From positions 1,364,001 through 1,428,000 of the forward strand of contig NC_045696.1 in assembly GCF_009834535.1 (NCBI RefSeq): a DNA stretch of 64,000 nucleotides. Direction: 5' to 3'. The position numbers and the translations under genes are program-made. This DNA is from Camelus ferus. Lineage: Eukaryota. Shown piece by piece: positions 1 through 11,483 of the stretch (position 1 is its first letter; each line of letters begins with the position of its first letter). The notes under the pieces are model-generated. The model saw only the letters and a list, made by a program, of their open reading frames with translations. It did no database searches and had not been told where the DNA came from.

Positions 1-479
1 CTCGAAACTTAACTGGTCGATCATCTTAATTACGACACTAAGAATAAAGAAGCAAGTCTGACATCAAGCCACTTTTCCTTGTACTTCCAGAACTGAACGC
101 TAACCATTACAGCTCGCGCAAGGAAACAAAACGCCCTCATCAGAAGCAACGACCCAGACACGCCGGCTGAAAATACTAACGGGAGCCACACACAGCGCTG
201 CGGGTCTCCACGTACAAATCGGGACTAGGACACGTTTTAGGTTCTCCAGTACGTTAACGAGACTCCGACACGTCTCAGCGTCCACAGCCCACGTTGACCC
301 CTTCCTTCAGACCCATTCGCGTCCCGGTAATTTTCCTACTGCAGATCTGAACATGTCAGAATTCACCTCGAGCCCCTAGTCGCCCCAGATCGTTCCGATT
401 GCTCAAGATGCCCGGAATCCGCGGGAACTTCCCCGCCCCGGGACGCCCGCGGCGCAGAGCAACCCACGCGGACACTGCG

Positions 480-1275
480 CCCTCGGGAGGACACGCGGGG
501 CCGTCCCCGGCGCAGCCTCACTGTGGGGGTGCAGCCTCCATTCCCCGGGGGCGCAGCCTCACCCGGAGGGTGCACTGTGCCCTCCACACAGCGCAGAGCA
601 TCTTGCGCGGACCCGGTGCCCTCCCGAAGGGGACGCGGGGCCGTCCCAGGTGCAGCCCTGTCCCGGGCGCAGCCCTCCCTCCTAGGGCGCACCGCAGCCG
701 GAGCAGAAGCGGCACTCCCGGGGAGGGGACGGGGCTGTCCCCGGTGCAGGCTCCCCTCCTGAGGGCCCAGGCTCTACTCTCCAGGGCGCAGCCTCATCCC
801 TGGGGAGAGTGTCCCTCCCCGGGGGCGCAGCCTCTCCTTCATCCTCGGGCTCAGCGTACCCGCCCCGGGGCGCATCCACATCCCTAGGACGCAGCCTCCC
901 CTCCGTCCAGGTTCATCCCGGGAGTGCAGCCTCCCATTTATCCTTGGGCTCGGTGTACCCGCCTAGGGGCGCAGCTTCATCCCGGGGACGCAGCCTCCCC
1001 TCCGTCCTGGGGGCGCGGGCTCCACTCCCCAGGACGCAGCCTCATCCCTGGGGGCAGTGTCCCTCCCCGGGGGCGCAGCCTCCCCTTCACCCGCGGGCTC
1101 GGTGTACCCGCCCCGGGGCGCAGCTTCATCCCGGGGACGCAGCCTCCCCTCCGTCCCGGGGGCGCAGGCTCTCCTGCATCCCGGGGCGCAGCCTCCCTCT
1201 TCCGCGGCGCAGAGCATCCCGCGCAGATGCGGCGCCGGGGGCAGGAGACGTGGGGCCGCTCTGGGCGCAGTTCCC
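480..1275. repeat. GC-rich minisatellite with GG(G)CGCAGCCTC core and higher-order duplications, in intron 1
   Basis: About 16 copies of the GCAGCCTC/GCAGCTTC core. Block ~766-910 recurs at ~1014-1160 (offset 248; ORFs at 809 and 1057 both begin MSLPGGAASPS). Block ~947-1020 recurs at ~1096-1170. Confidence 0.88.
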
Positions 1276-1522
1276 CTCCCTGGGCGGCCCGCGGCCGCTC
1301 CGGACAGCGTCTCCGGACAGCGCCCCGGGCCGCTCGGGTCCCGCTCCAGCCGCACGCCCGGCGCGGCCTCACCACCTGCCCCGCGGCGCTTACATAAACG
1401 CAGCCGCGGCGCTGCCCCGCGCTGCCCGGCGGCGTGGCCCGGCAGCGTGGTCCGGCCGTGCTGTCCGGCCGCGGTGTCCGAGCCCCGCCGCCCCCGCAGC
1501 GCCGCCGCCCCGCCGGCCTCAC

Positions 1523-1740
1523 CTCAGCCGCGGGCCGCTCCGCTCCGCGCGGCTCAAGGGCTCCGATCGCAAGTCCGCGGGGCTCCGATCGGCCGCCGGG
1601 GGCTGCGGCGCGCTGGCCGTGGCCTGGCGCGGCCCCGAGCGCGCCCCCGAGCGCGGCCCCGAGAGCGGCCCGACCGGCCGCCGCCTCAGCCGCCGCCTCA
1701 GCCTCCGCCCTCCGCCCTCGGCGTTGGCTCCGCCCTCCCC
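1523..1740 (-). other. ADARB1: Non-coding first exon (5' UTR), tentatively of ADARB1 (ADAR2 RNA-editing enzyme); TSS position approximate
   Basis: Minus strand reads ...GGGCCGCGCCAGGCCACGGCCA...GACTTGCGATCGGAGC...GCGGAGCGGCCCGCGGCTGAG|GTGAGG. It has a consensus donor (intron starts at 1522) and no ATG. As I recall, human ADARB1 exon 1 contains GGGCCGCGCGAGGCCACGGCCA and ends GCGGCTGAG. The exon/donor is well supported; the gene name rests on recalled similarity only. Confidence 0.5.
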
Positions 1741-2939
1741 GGGGCCCCCGCGGCCGGCCGCGCGCACGCGGAGGGGGGGGCGGCGACGCCACGACGCCGC
1801 ACGTGCGCGCGCACGCAGGCCGCGCCGAGTTTTACCCGCGGTCGGCGGGGCCCGGGAGCGCGAGAGGGGGCGAGGGGACGGAGGGATCCGGGAGAGAGGG
1901 CCCAGGGCGGCGGGAGGGGCGCGGCCCCGCGAGGCCCCTCCCGCGGCCGGCGGCGCGGGGTCCCCGGCGAGGCGGGCGGGGTCCGCAGCGTCCGCGCGCT
2001 GGAGGGCGCGCCGGGAACCGGACGTTAAGGTGCACCCGGCCTGCGCGGTGCGAAGTCAGGGGCGTGCTGGAGGAGGTGGGGTCACGGCCCCCAGACGCCG
2101 ACGGCGCCCCCCGGTTTCTGCGTGGGACCCTCGGCGAGATTAGAAGCAAGGCCAGATGACCAGCTGCAGGGCGCTGGCTTGGTCGGTTAGCGGGTGAAGG
2201 CTTGTCACAGCTGTTTCACGAGCACGCGGTAAGCGTACGCCCCCGGGCACCATAATTGCATTTTCTACGGCGATACCGAGAAGTGTTTACACGCAGAGTG
2301 GTAAGCATTTGTGGAAGTGCCACGTTTGGAAGACCAGAATAACCAACTCAAGGCTGCACTTCTACTCAGAAAACAGTTTGACAAGAAAAATCCAGTCCTT
2401 AGACGCGAGTGCCCAGAGCGCTCTGGGGGCTGGTCACCTACTAGGAGGACTCCAGGGCGCAGAGGGCGGCGGCGGGCCAGCCTGGGGCTCTCAGCCTGGG
2501 CCTCTCAGCCTGGGCAGCGCCGGTGCCAGCGGAGGCTGCGCTCCAGGGCCCAGTTCTGCTGCCCCCTTCTCAGCTGCGGGGCCTAAGGCATCTCTCCGGA
2601 CCTCTGCCGGTTTGCTCCGGTGTAAGAGGGGGAAGAAGACACATGTCCGGGAAGAGCCCAGCCTCCACACTCTAGAGGTTAGCTGCGGTCACCCCCAAGT
2701 CATGGGACAGAACGGGGTATCCCTGAGTGCAGTGACCTGAGTGCTGCGGCGGCCAGCTGTCTGCTTCAGGTTGTTCTCTCACGGGAAGGCCCGCCAGCTA
2801 GCAGGAGGCCCAGCACCTGCCCTGAGGGCCGCTGCCAGGTGCAGCGTCCAGAGGGGCGCTGGACAACACGGAAACACCAGGGTTCCTGGGATGACGTCTA
2901 GGGATTCATTCTTAAGAAGGAAAATGTACATGAGGACTT

Positions 2940-3330
2940 TTATTTCTATGCAACCAACCACCCCAACTAAGTGGCTTGAAGCAATCATTTATTTGTTCGC
3001 GATCCTGAGGGCGAGCGACTGGCACTGTTCATCTCTGCTTCGTGGGGTGTGGCTCGTATGAGCTGGGACTCACACGGGCCACTCCCTCGGGTCTCGGGCA
3101 GGGACTGCCATCCGAAAGCTGGCCGCCGCTGCTGCTCATGCTGGTGTGGCCCCATCAGCAGCAAGAGGGGAGGCAGAGTTCGGTGCCCAGGGCTTTTCCA
3201 GCCTCCGCACGTTTCCTAATGTCCTGTTGGCCAAAGCAAGACAGAGGCCCAGCCCGGAGCCAGTCTGAGAGGCCCGCGCTCAGTACTGTGTACACAGGGG
3301 AAGCGGTGCCTGCCCTCCAGGCGGAGCTGG
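2940..3330. mobile_element. Degraded MLT1-type (ERVL-MaLR) LTR
   Basis: AACCACCCCAACTAAGTGGCTTGAAGCAATCATTTATT and CCTGTTGGCCAAAGCAAG match typical MLT1 motifs. Confidence 0.55.
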
Positions 3331-5867
3331 TGGAGTGAATGCAGCCTGTCAGCTGAGGCAGAGAGCCCCAGGCCTGCACGGGGCTCCAGCTGGCTGGCCC
3401 GCCTCTTGGCCACTTCGGAGGCGGCTGGGAGCCTGGGGTCGCCCCTGCCTGCCATACTGCTCTCCTCAGCCACCATCCTCTCCAGAGATGGGTGTATGTG
3501 GTGTTCTCCCCGACCTGTAGTGACACCCACAGGATGTGTCTCTTTATGCTGATGTGGGGTGAAAGCAGTTTCCAGTCACCCGGCACAGTACCAGGGCTCG
3601 CCGGGCACCTGAGAGGTCAAGGTCCAGGATGAGGGTCTTACGACCTCCTCAGGAAAGCCCGTCCTTCCCCCTGATTACGGTCAACATCAGACACGTGGGT
3701 GCCTGGGATGGGCCCTAGGTCTCCTCAGGGGTGCTGGCAGCTGTGCCTGCAAGGCCCTCAGTGCAAATAGCATTGCCCCAGCCTGAGCCCCGCCCCGCCC
3801 CCAGGCCTCCGGCCCACTGCTTGCCTCACTTGTGCAAAGTGTGAAAATGAAATCACACTTTGGTGTCCTGGAAAATAAAGCTGTTGCTCAAATGCTCGCC
3901 TCTAGGGGTCTAGCCGGTCATCTCTCCCAGGACGTGGTCTTGGAGGGACAGAAGGGTGTGGAACTTCACCTGCTGGGAACACTGGTTACACAACACCCGG
4001 TCCACCTCACCCCTTTTCTCCTCCAGCTGAATCAGTCAGCGTGACCGGGTAGCCCGGAGGCGGAATTAGAAATTACTCCAGGCACAGATGCCTGCGGGTC
4101 AGAGTGGTGCAGAAAGATGGGTAATGGTCTGAGGGCAAAGATGCAGGCTAGTGAGAGGCAGCGTGAACAGGATTTCAGTCTGCGGCTGGGGGACTACTGG
4201 AAGGAGGGGACCGGGCCAGCCCGCTGGCCGCAGAGCTGCTGGGCATGCATTCACACCCTGGCTGTCAGGCTTTCCATGGAAGGGGGGTTCAAGGCTCACA
4301 GGTATAGAAGCCACTCTGGTGCAGCGACCCCCCAGGTGGGCATGCAGCCCTGAGCTGGGGCAGCCATCGTGGCCTGGCTGTCCGACCTCCACTCCAGACC
4401 CGGGCCGGTACCCTTGTGCCCACACAGGGTGACTTGAGTGATCCTGTCCCCACCTCTGCAGGGCAAGCACCTTGGTGGCCAGTCCTGCAGAGACCACGCC
4501 CAGGCCACAGTCATGGTTTAACTGGCCTGAGACGGATGCACCTTGACTGTGCATTTCAGTTGTTCAATGTCAGGGATAAACTTTTTCATGTTCTTTTGAA
4601 GCCCCTTTCACTTTAGTCCCTGTGAACAACCAGGAACGTATCTGAAAAAATGTGCTTCGCCTTGTTTTACTGAATTCTGCCCAGTCTTGGAGAAGGGACA
4701 CTCACTGGGACTTTAGATCATAGTCTGAAAGTAGGTTATTGATTTCTTGGCTTTTAAAAAAGTCAGGTAGCTAGAACTACTAATGAGTGGTAACCAATAT
4801 ACTGTGATACATTTATCTGAGACAGATTTTTTTTTGCCCTAAATTAAAAAAACAAAAACCAAAAAACATGAGACTGGAGTGACAAAGATCAAATGCTACT
4901 AAACCTTGAGGCAGGTCTTCCTGGGAGTGGACACCTTGCTTGGAGTCTGCTCAGCTCATGACAGACTTCCTCCTCTGGGTCCCCAGCCCCAGAGTGAATC
5001 CCCTCAGTCACGAGAGGGGCCAGGAGTGGCCATGTCTGTGCTCGGGACACGTACACACTTCCCACCCCCACTCCAGGACCAGGGGAGGAGTTCTGACTCA
5101 GTGTGTTTCACTGGGGATCTGGGGTTGGCACTGACTCAGTCCTAAGCCTCTCCTGGTCCTGGACTCGAACAGTTTAAACCCAGAGGCAGCCAGGGAGGTC
5201 TGCATCGCTGGCCACGCACACCAGCCGGGGAAGCCAGGCTGAAGTGGAAATCTAGGGCATCAAGCAGAGCTGGGAACTGAGAACATTCTGCTGGCCTTTC
5301 AGCGCCTTGGGCAGTGCGTCACGTGCAAGGGCGGCACACGCTTACCACAATGAACTCGCTCTCGAGTTGTTCATAGTCTGCAGGTTAGATAGGGCGGGGG
5401 GCAGTGGCGCTCCCGCTAACTGGAGGCAGCCTGGTGTGAGGAGCCAGGCGCCGGGGTTGGGTAGGGGCAGGCCTGCTCGCCCCAGCCTGAGCACGTGCCT
5501 GTCCGTGGTCCCCCACCCTGAGCCTGGTCTCCATCCTTCTGGGCCCTCCTCCCAGGCAGGCGATGCCCAGGGTGGAGAGCACCGGGCTGCAGTGCAGGGG
5601 TGGGGGTGACAGGAGCCGCGGCTCTCATGCTCAGGGCTGACCAGCTTCCCCTGGAGCCGTGGCTTTGAGTGGACCGTTGAGGATGACAAGGCCTTGGTGG
5701 TGAGGGTGCCCAGGCCGACGGAGCATTTCTGCTTCTCATGAACTTGGAGAAGGGAGGATGCTGGGTCAGCACGCCATGGGCGGGGGCGGGGGGGGGGTGC
5801 TGATCTGGCCCCATGGGGTCTCTACCTCCCTCAACCACCGGTAACACGGAACGTGCCGGGCGCTCAG

Positions 5868-6046
5868 ACCAGAGCTGGGCAGACGAGGCCTGAGGCCTGC
5901 TCTGTACCGTCCACGGGCCCAGAATGAGTTGCACACTCACAATGCCCGAGGGAGAAGAGTGCATGTCAGAGATACACGCGGCCTGAGAGCCTGAAATAGT
6001 AACCATCTGGCCCTTTAAAGTAAAAGCTTGCTACCCCCAGGTTTAG
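5868..6046. mobile_element. MER58-like hAT-Charlie non-autonomous DNA transposon
   Basis: GCCTGAAATAGTAACCATCTGGCCCTTTAAAGTAAAAGCTTGCTACCCCCAG resembles the MER58 terminus. Confidence 0.6.
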
Positions 6047-7234
6047 GCCAAATAGGGCCTCCTCTTCGAGCTGGGAGCGAGACCCGCTCGGTCAAAGTAC
6101 ACAGACTGCCTGGGGAAGGGAAGAGATGCCACTGTCCATCGGGGTGCCACTCATGATGTGGGGCACCCGGGGTGTCTGTGCTGCAGCTAATGCGCGGACC
6201 CGGGGGACGTGCTGATGGCTTGGGTCAGCTGGTAGCGGTGGCAGTGGAGAGAGTTGGGGTGTGTTGGGAAGTACACTTGGTGTTCTTGGTGAGGGCAGAC
6301 TCGGTGGGAGGTTGGGTGAGGGGTGTGAGTAGGGGAGGATTACAGCTCACAGCTGGGGTTCCTGGCTTGTGTGTTTGGAGGGTGATGGCGCTTTATAATG
6401 AGGTGGGAAAGACCAAGGGAAGCGCCGCGGGGAGAGCCAGGAGGTCCTCTGGGCTGCGCTGAGTTTGCTGCACCTGCCGGATGCTCCGGCGGCTGTGTGT
6501 GGAAGGCAGGGAAAGCGAAAGATTGGCGTCCAGGGACGAGAACGGAGCTGGGGACATGCCTCTGAGAGCCTTGGAAGTGGAAGCAATCGCCCAAAGAGAG
6601 ACGAGAGAGCCTGGGCCGGACCTGAGGGGCTCCGACCATCATCGTGGGGTGTGGGGGAGGGCAGAGGGGGCTGAGAACCCAGAGGGGCAGGAGGACCCAG
6701 CAGAGGACCGCGTTTCAAGAAGAAAAGATACATCGTTGGAATGATAAAGAGTCCAAGTAAAGCCACCGGCCAGCGTTCTCACTCCTCAGTGCTCCCGGGG
6801 TAGAATCCTTCCACATGTGGTCAGGGCACCGGCACCAGGACGTGCTCACAGTATCCAACTACCCATTTCGCAGGACGAGACGAGATGCACTGGGTTCATC
6901 CACACACTGTACACATGTGGTGAAGTGGCCAGACAGCTTTCCAGGGAGCCAACTACACAACACCCAACCTGGGGCATCTCGGAGATTAAATGTTGACTGA
7001 AAAGCACGCCATTCTATAAAGCCTGAAAACGGGCTTGGGCAGGTGCGCACATGCACACTGTATGTGTGTACGTGTGCATATAGCTCTGTGTGTAAGTAAC
7101 GTGTGCACACACCAGGTACACGTGATACACTGACCAGCTCGGGAGTGGTACACAGAGTTTGGGCGGAGGTCACCTCCAGCAGGGAGACGACAGGGAGCAG
7201 GTTAGGGGAAGGGCGTGTGGCTGGAGGCTACTGG

Positions 7235-7816
7235 TGAGGCGGGAAGCCCCATAAAAAGACTAGCAGGACCCTGCAGGCAGGGCCACTACTCTCCTGCCGG
7301 CACCATCTCGTTCCCTGGCCCAGAGGCTCTATCTCACTTTTTGCTTCTGAAACGGCTTACTTACCCCTAAAATTCTATTGGTTCCCTGAGCTCACTTCTA
7401 ATTGGTTCCTTCCTTCTCTCCTGATTGGTTATTACTCTCACTTCTGATTGGTCCACTTCCCTAACTTCTGATTGGTCCATTTGTAGTACTTCATTTGCAT
7501 GGAGCTCACTCCTGATTGGCTCAGTCCCCTCACTCTTGATTGGTTATTTTTTCTCACTCCTGATTGGTCCATTTCTACAAAGCTTGTTCCTAGTTGGTCA
7601 ACTTCTGTTATACTTTATTTGCATGTGCTGTTACAAAGCGTAAAACTGGCAGCCTATAAAGGCCTGTGTAAACCTACAGACAGGGTCCATAGCTTGGAGT
7701 GTTAACTCCTCTGGGCCTGCTGGCAGTAATAAAACCTGAGTTTTCTCCAACTCTGAGTGCTGCTTGGTCTCTCGCCCAGATCCAGGTTGCTGGAAATGGT
7801 GCAGTTTTGGGCAGCA
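7235..7816 (+). mobile_element. Solo ERV LTR with CCAAT-box array
   Basis: TG...CA ends. Eight ATTGG boxes (7377-7567), two ATTTGCAT octamers, TATAAA 7655-7660, AATAAA 7728-7733. TGGTGAG repeated at both junctions (7232-7238, 7817-7823). Confidence 0.82.
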
Positions 7817-7999
7817 TGGTGAGTGGAAGGTCATATATCATACTTTGTAACTTCGTATGTGCTACACACAATCTTTTGGTAAATCAAATAGCATATGAAG
7901 AATATTTTAAAGTGTACATTTTAAGAGAAGAAGAGGGGTGGGGAGGACAGAAGAATCAGGCAGGGAGAAGTCCCCCACCAGGTATCAAGATGGATAAAG

Positions 8000-8330
8000 C
8001 TGTAGTTGGCGCAAGAACTCAGCAGTGCACAGGAACAGCATGATGAGCCACTCTGTTGTCTGGAAAACAATTTGGAATTTTCATACAAAGAGACGTGCAT
8101 CCCCTGAGAACCTGCAGCCCCTCTCCTAAGCACACACCCTGAGGAAGCGTGCACCCGTTTCCCAGGAGCCGTGCTGCAGCAGGATTTGTGGCATCAAAAT
8201 GGTGGCAAAGGTGAGATGCTCTCCACGAAAGCTGGGGGTCACGCTAGGATCTACAGGACGGCGTGTGGGAGCGGTTAGTGAGAGCGCAGGTTCTCAGTGT
8301 GAGACGGAGGTAATAACACGTGGTTGTGAG
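8000..8330 (+). mobile_element. Old L1 (L1ME-like) 3' fragment
   Basis: CTGGAAAACAATTTGGAATTT...GACGTGCATCCCCTGAGAACCTGCAGCCCCTCTCCTAAGC resembles the L1 ORF2 end/3'UTR. Confidence 0.45.
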
Positions 8331-8984
8331 GATTAGCTACACAAACTACTTAGTAAACGCTAAAGGACTGTAAATGTTGGGGATTAGTATTGTCAAACGC
8401 CTCGAATTCTTTGTGGGATAAGATGGTGCAAATAAATACATAAATCAAACAAAATTAGCACCTGCACCCACTTCTTTTGAATGATTTTTGTGTAAATCAG
8501 ATGCAAAAACAGTATGGCTCCTGGTACATACTATTCTAAGATCATGGACTGGAACCAGGAAAAGGAGCTTTTCTTTTCTTGGCTTTCTTGCTGCATTATC
8601 TCTTAATTACTGTGTTAGCAGTCTTTCTTGAGAAGCTGAAAGGCAATTAGGAACTGAAGCTGGGCAGGGGTGGGGAGGCGGAAGGGGGCCGGGGGAGGGA
8701 CCCCTGCTCCCTCCCTCCCCTCCAGGGGCTTTTCTAGAAAGCGCTGGAGGCTGAACGTGTGCCTGATGAAAGTTTGGATAATGAAAAATGAGGTGGCTCT
8801 TGTGGTTCTTGAACGCCTTCTCTCTGGGGGACTTAACGACCACTGTGGTCAGAGCTTGCAGTTTACAGTTTGAAACTTGAATTCTAGGGGCTCTAGCTGA
8901 CTGTATATGGGTAACTTGGGAGTCCGGTCCCTGTGAACCGGGCCATGGAAGGATCACCTCAGGTGTATTTCTAAACGTTTCTGT

Positions 8985-10632
8985 TGAGGGAGGACATACG
9001 AACAGAAAGTACCCACAGTGTAAGTGTGCAGCTTGATGAATTAACTCAAAGTGAGCGCACCGTGAACCCCCCCCCCCCCGGGGTAAGAAACAGAACCTGC
9101 CCCCCCCCCCAGAGTCCCTTTCCTGCCTCTTGCCTGTACTCCCTCCCAGCTCCCACAGGGGACCTCTGCTCCGACTTGGAGCAGCATGGAATTGTTGCGC
9201 CTGCCTTTCACTCTGCTCAGGTGGAATCCTGCAGCACATGCCCTCTGGGGTCCTGCTGCTTTTGCTTGAGAGCCTCCCTGCTGGGTCTGAGCAGCTCTCA
9301 TGAATGCATTTTCATCACTGTATCGTAGTCCAAAGTGTTAGCATTCCACAACAGATTTATTCATTCTGCTGTCGATGGAGATCTGGGTTGTGCCCACATT
9401 TTGCTGTATGAATAATGCTTCAATGAACATTCTCAAACATGCCTTTCTGCACACGCGTGTACATGTCTCTGCTGGGCGTGGGCCACATCACAGGTGACGT
9501 GCATGTCCCACTTCAGTAGGGAATGCCAGTTTTCCAAAGTGCCGAACCCTCTTCCACTCCCGCCAGAACCTGTGACGGCTCCGACTGCTCCTCATCCTCC
9601 TGGGCGCTCAGGGTGGCGGTCCTTACGGTCTGGGCCGTTCTGGAGGGTGTGCGGGTCTGACCAGTGGCTGATGAGGCTGAGCAGCTCTGTGATAATTCCC
9701 GGTGCCTGTCCTTTTGCTGAAGAAGCCGCTCAGATGTTTTCTTATGTTCATGTCTTCTGGACACAGACTCTTCTGTTGCTCATGTGTCCTCCCTCATTTC
9801 TCACACTCAGCGACTGGCCTTTCCAGAAACTTCACAGTGTCCTTTAACAAACAGGAGTTCTTCATTTCAATGTGACTTAATTAATCGAGCTTTTTCCTGT
9901 GGATGGCGCTTTCTGTGCCCTGTTTAGGAAACCCTGACTTCCCCGGTCATGCAGATTGCTTCTGTGATCCTCTGCAAGGCTCGTCGTTCTGATGCTCATC
10001 CTTAGAGCAACGTTCTGGCTGGGACTGTCTCTTCTGTATGGTGTGAGGCAGGGGTCCGCCCTCATTCCGTTGTTCTTTGTATCCAGTTGCCCCAGCGCTA
10101 TTCAGGGAAAAGATTGCCATTCTCCCTCCTGCTCTTCAGCACAACGCTGTCACATGGCCAGTGCCCAGGTGGGCCTGAGCTGCTGCTTTTAATGGGACTC
10201 ACTCTCGTCAGGTGCTGCTCCTGTCCTCACACCAACACTCGCCGTCTTCACACTGAAGCTTTATCAGTCTTGTGACCTGGTAGAGTCATCTTCCAGCTGT
10301 GTCCTTCTTCAGAATTTCCTGGCTATACTTGTTATTTTATACTTCCGTTTAACTTTCTAAGTTGACTTTTCGATTTCCCCAAAAATCCTGCCAGAATTAT
10401 TAGAATTGCACTGAAGCTATAGATCAGTTTGATGAGACTGAATACTCTTAAGCATTGAGAGCTCCACTAATGTTTATTCCTACATTTTTAAAACAACTTT
10501 ATTGTGCTATAGCTCCTGCACAGTAAACTACACATATTTCAGATGTAACAAATTGATGAATTTTGATAGATGTCCACACCCATGAAACCAGTACCACAAT
10601 CAAGACAGCTAACATTTTCATCCCTCCCCAAG
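8985..10632 (-). mobile_element. Old L1 (L1M) fragments: 3'UTR and ORF2 end, plus a second 3' end at ~10485-10632
   Basis: Antisense L1 motifs: GTGCAGCTTGATGAATT, GATGGAGATCTGGGTTG, ATGAACATTCT, GAATTGCACTGAAGCTATAGATCAGTTTG, CACACCCATGAAACCAGTACCACAATCAAGA. Confidence 0.75.
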
Positions 10633-10634
10633 AG

Positions 10635-11140
10635 GCGCAAATCTCAGGCTCCTGATTTATCCCTTCCCACCCCCTTCACCCCCTGGTAACCATAAGTTTG
10701 TCTCTATGTCTGTGAGTCTGTTTCTATTTTGTAAATAAGCTCATTTGTGCCTCTTTTTTTTTTTAAGATTCCACATGTAAGTGATATCATACGGTATTTT
10801 TCTTTCTCTTTCTGGCTTACTTCGCTTGGAATGACGATCTCCATGTTGCTGCAAACGGCATTATTTTATTCTTTTTTATGGCTGAGTAGTATTCCTACAT
10901 ATATTATAATTATATATGTATTCCTATATATATGTATCACACCTTCTTTACCCCGCCATCTGTCGATGGACATGTGGGTGCTTCCATGTCTGGCTGTTGT
11001 ATGCAGTGCTACTGTGAGCACCGGGGTGCAGGTGTCTTTTCAAACTATAGTTTTCTCTGGACATATGCCAGCAGTGGGTGGGATGGCTGGGTCATACGGT
11101 GAGTCTAGTTTTAGTTTTTAAGGAACCTCCATACTGTCCT
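10635..11140 (-). mobile_element. Younger artiodactyl/camelid L1 fragment (ORF2 C-terminus and part of 3'UTR)
   Basis: GGTAACCATAAGTTTG...AGATTCCACATGTAAGTGATATCATACGGTATT...TTTTTAAGGAACCTCCATACTG; reverse-complement homologue of the L1 at 16818-17531. Confidence 0.88.
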
Positions 11141-11372
11141 GTCCTCCCATTTGTTTAAGGATCCTCAGTGGCCCTTATCATCAGAGGGTCTTCTGTGCAG
11201 CTGTCTCCACACACTTTGTTAGGGTTACTGCTTTGGGTGACATCTCTAAGTGCTCTTTATTTTTATTGTGTAACCACTGGTTTCTGGTTTGTATAGAATA
11301 CAGGTGATCCTTGTATATAGACCTTGTATTCAGCCATCTTTCCAGAAGTCACTTAGTTTTAAGAGTTACCTG

Positions 11373-11412
11373 ACACAACATTTTAAACTGACTATATCTC
11401 AAAAAAAAAAAA
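11373..11412 (+). mobile_element. Extremely 5'-truncated L1 (28 nt of 3' terminus plus poly-A)
   Basis: ACACAACATTTTAAACTGACTATATCTC-A12, flanked by TSD AAGAGTTACCTG (11361-11372) / AAAAGTTATCTG (11409-11420). Resembles the tail of the L1 ending at 17531. Confidence 0.75.
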
Positions 11413-11483
11413 GTTATCTGTAGGTTCTGTTGGGTTTCCTACACGTACAATAATTTTGTCCATGAATGAATGCTGACTTTTTA

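Larger units (their letters stand above)
370..2300. promoter_or_regulatory. CpG island spanning the promoter, first exon and start of intron 1 of a minus-strand gene
   Basis: Extremely GC- and CpG-dense ~1.9 kb. GC boxes (CTCCGCCCT) at ~1703-1740, E-box CACGTG 1800-1805, NRF1-like palindrome CGTGCGCGCGCACG 1802-1815 and GCGCGCACGCG ~1760-1770. CpG-retaining shores on both sides. Confidence 0.92.

Noticed and set aside
1388..1398. TACATAAA TATA-like motif on the + strand / alternative T|GTAAGC donor on the - strand
   Set aside because: Either reading is possible, but neither is supportable without transcript data; the 1522 donor is the better consensus
809..2159. Long overlapping ORFs (444, 323, 271, 241 aa) across the CpG island
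   Set aside because: Open in several frames on both strands, with low-complexity P/R/A/G composition. Mostly non-ATG starts, and partly translated minisatellite. Expected in stop-poor GC-rich DNA.
2412..2427. Perfect 16-bp palindrome CCCAGAGCGCTCTGGG
   Set aside because: Isolated, with no supporting context; compatible with chance in GC-rich sequence
7370..7600. Regularly spaced repeats superficially like a CRISPR array
   Set aside because: Eukaryotic context; units are ~24-bp degenerate tandem copies without unique spacers, inside an LTR; no cas genes
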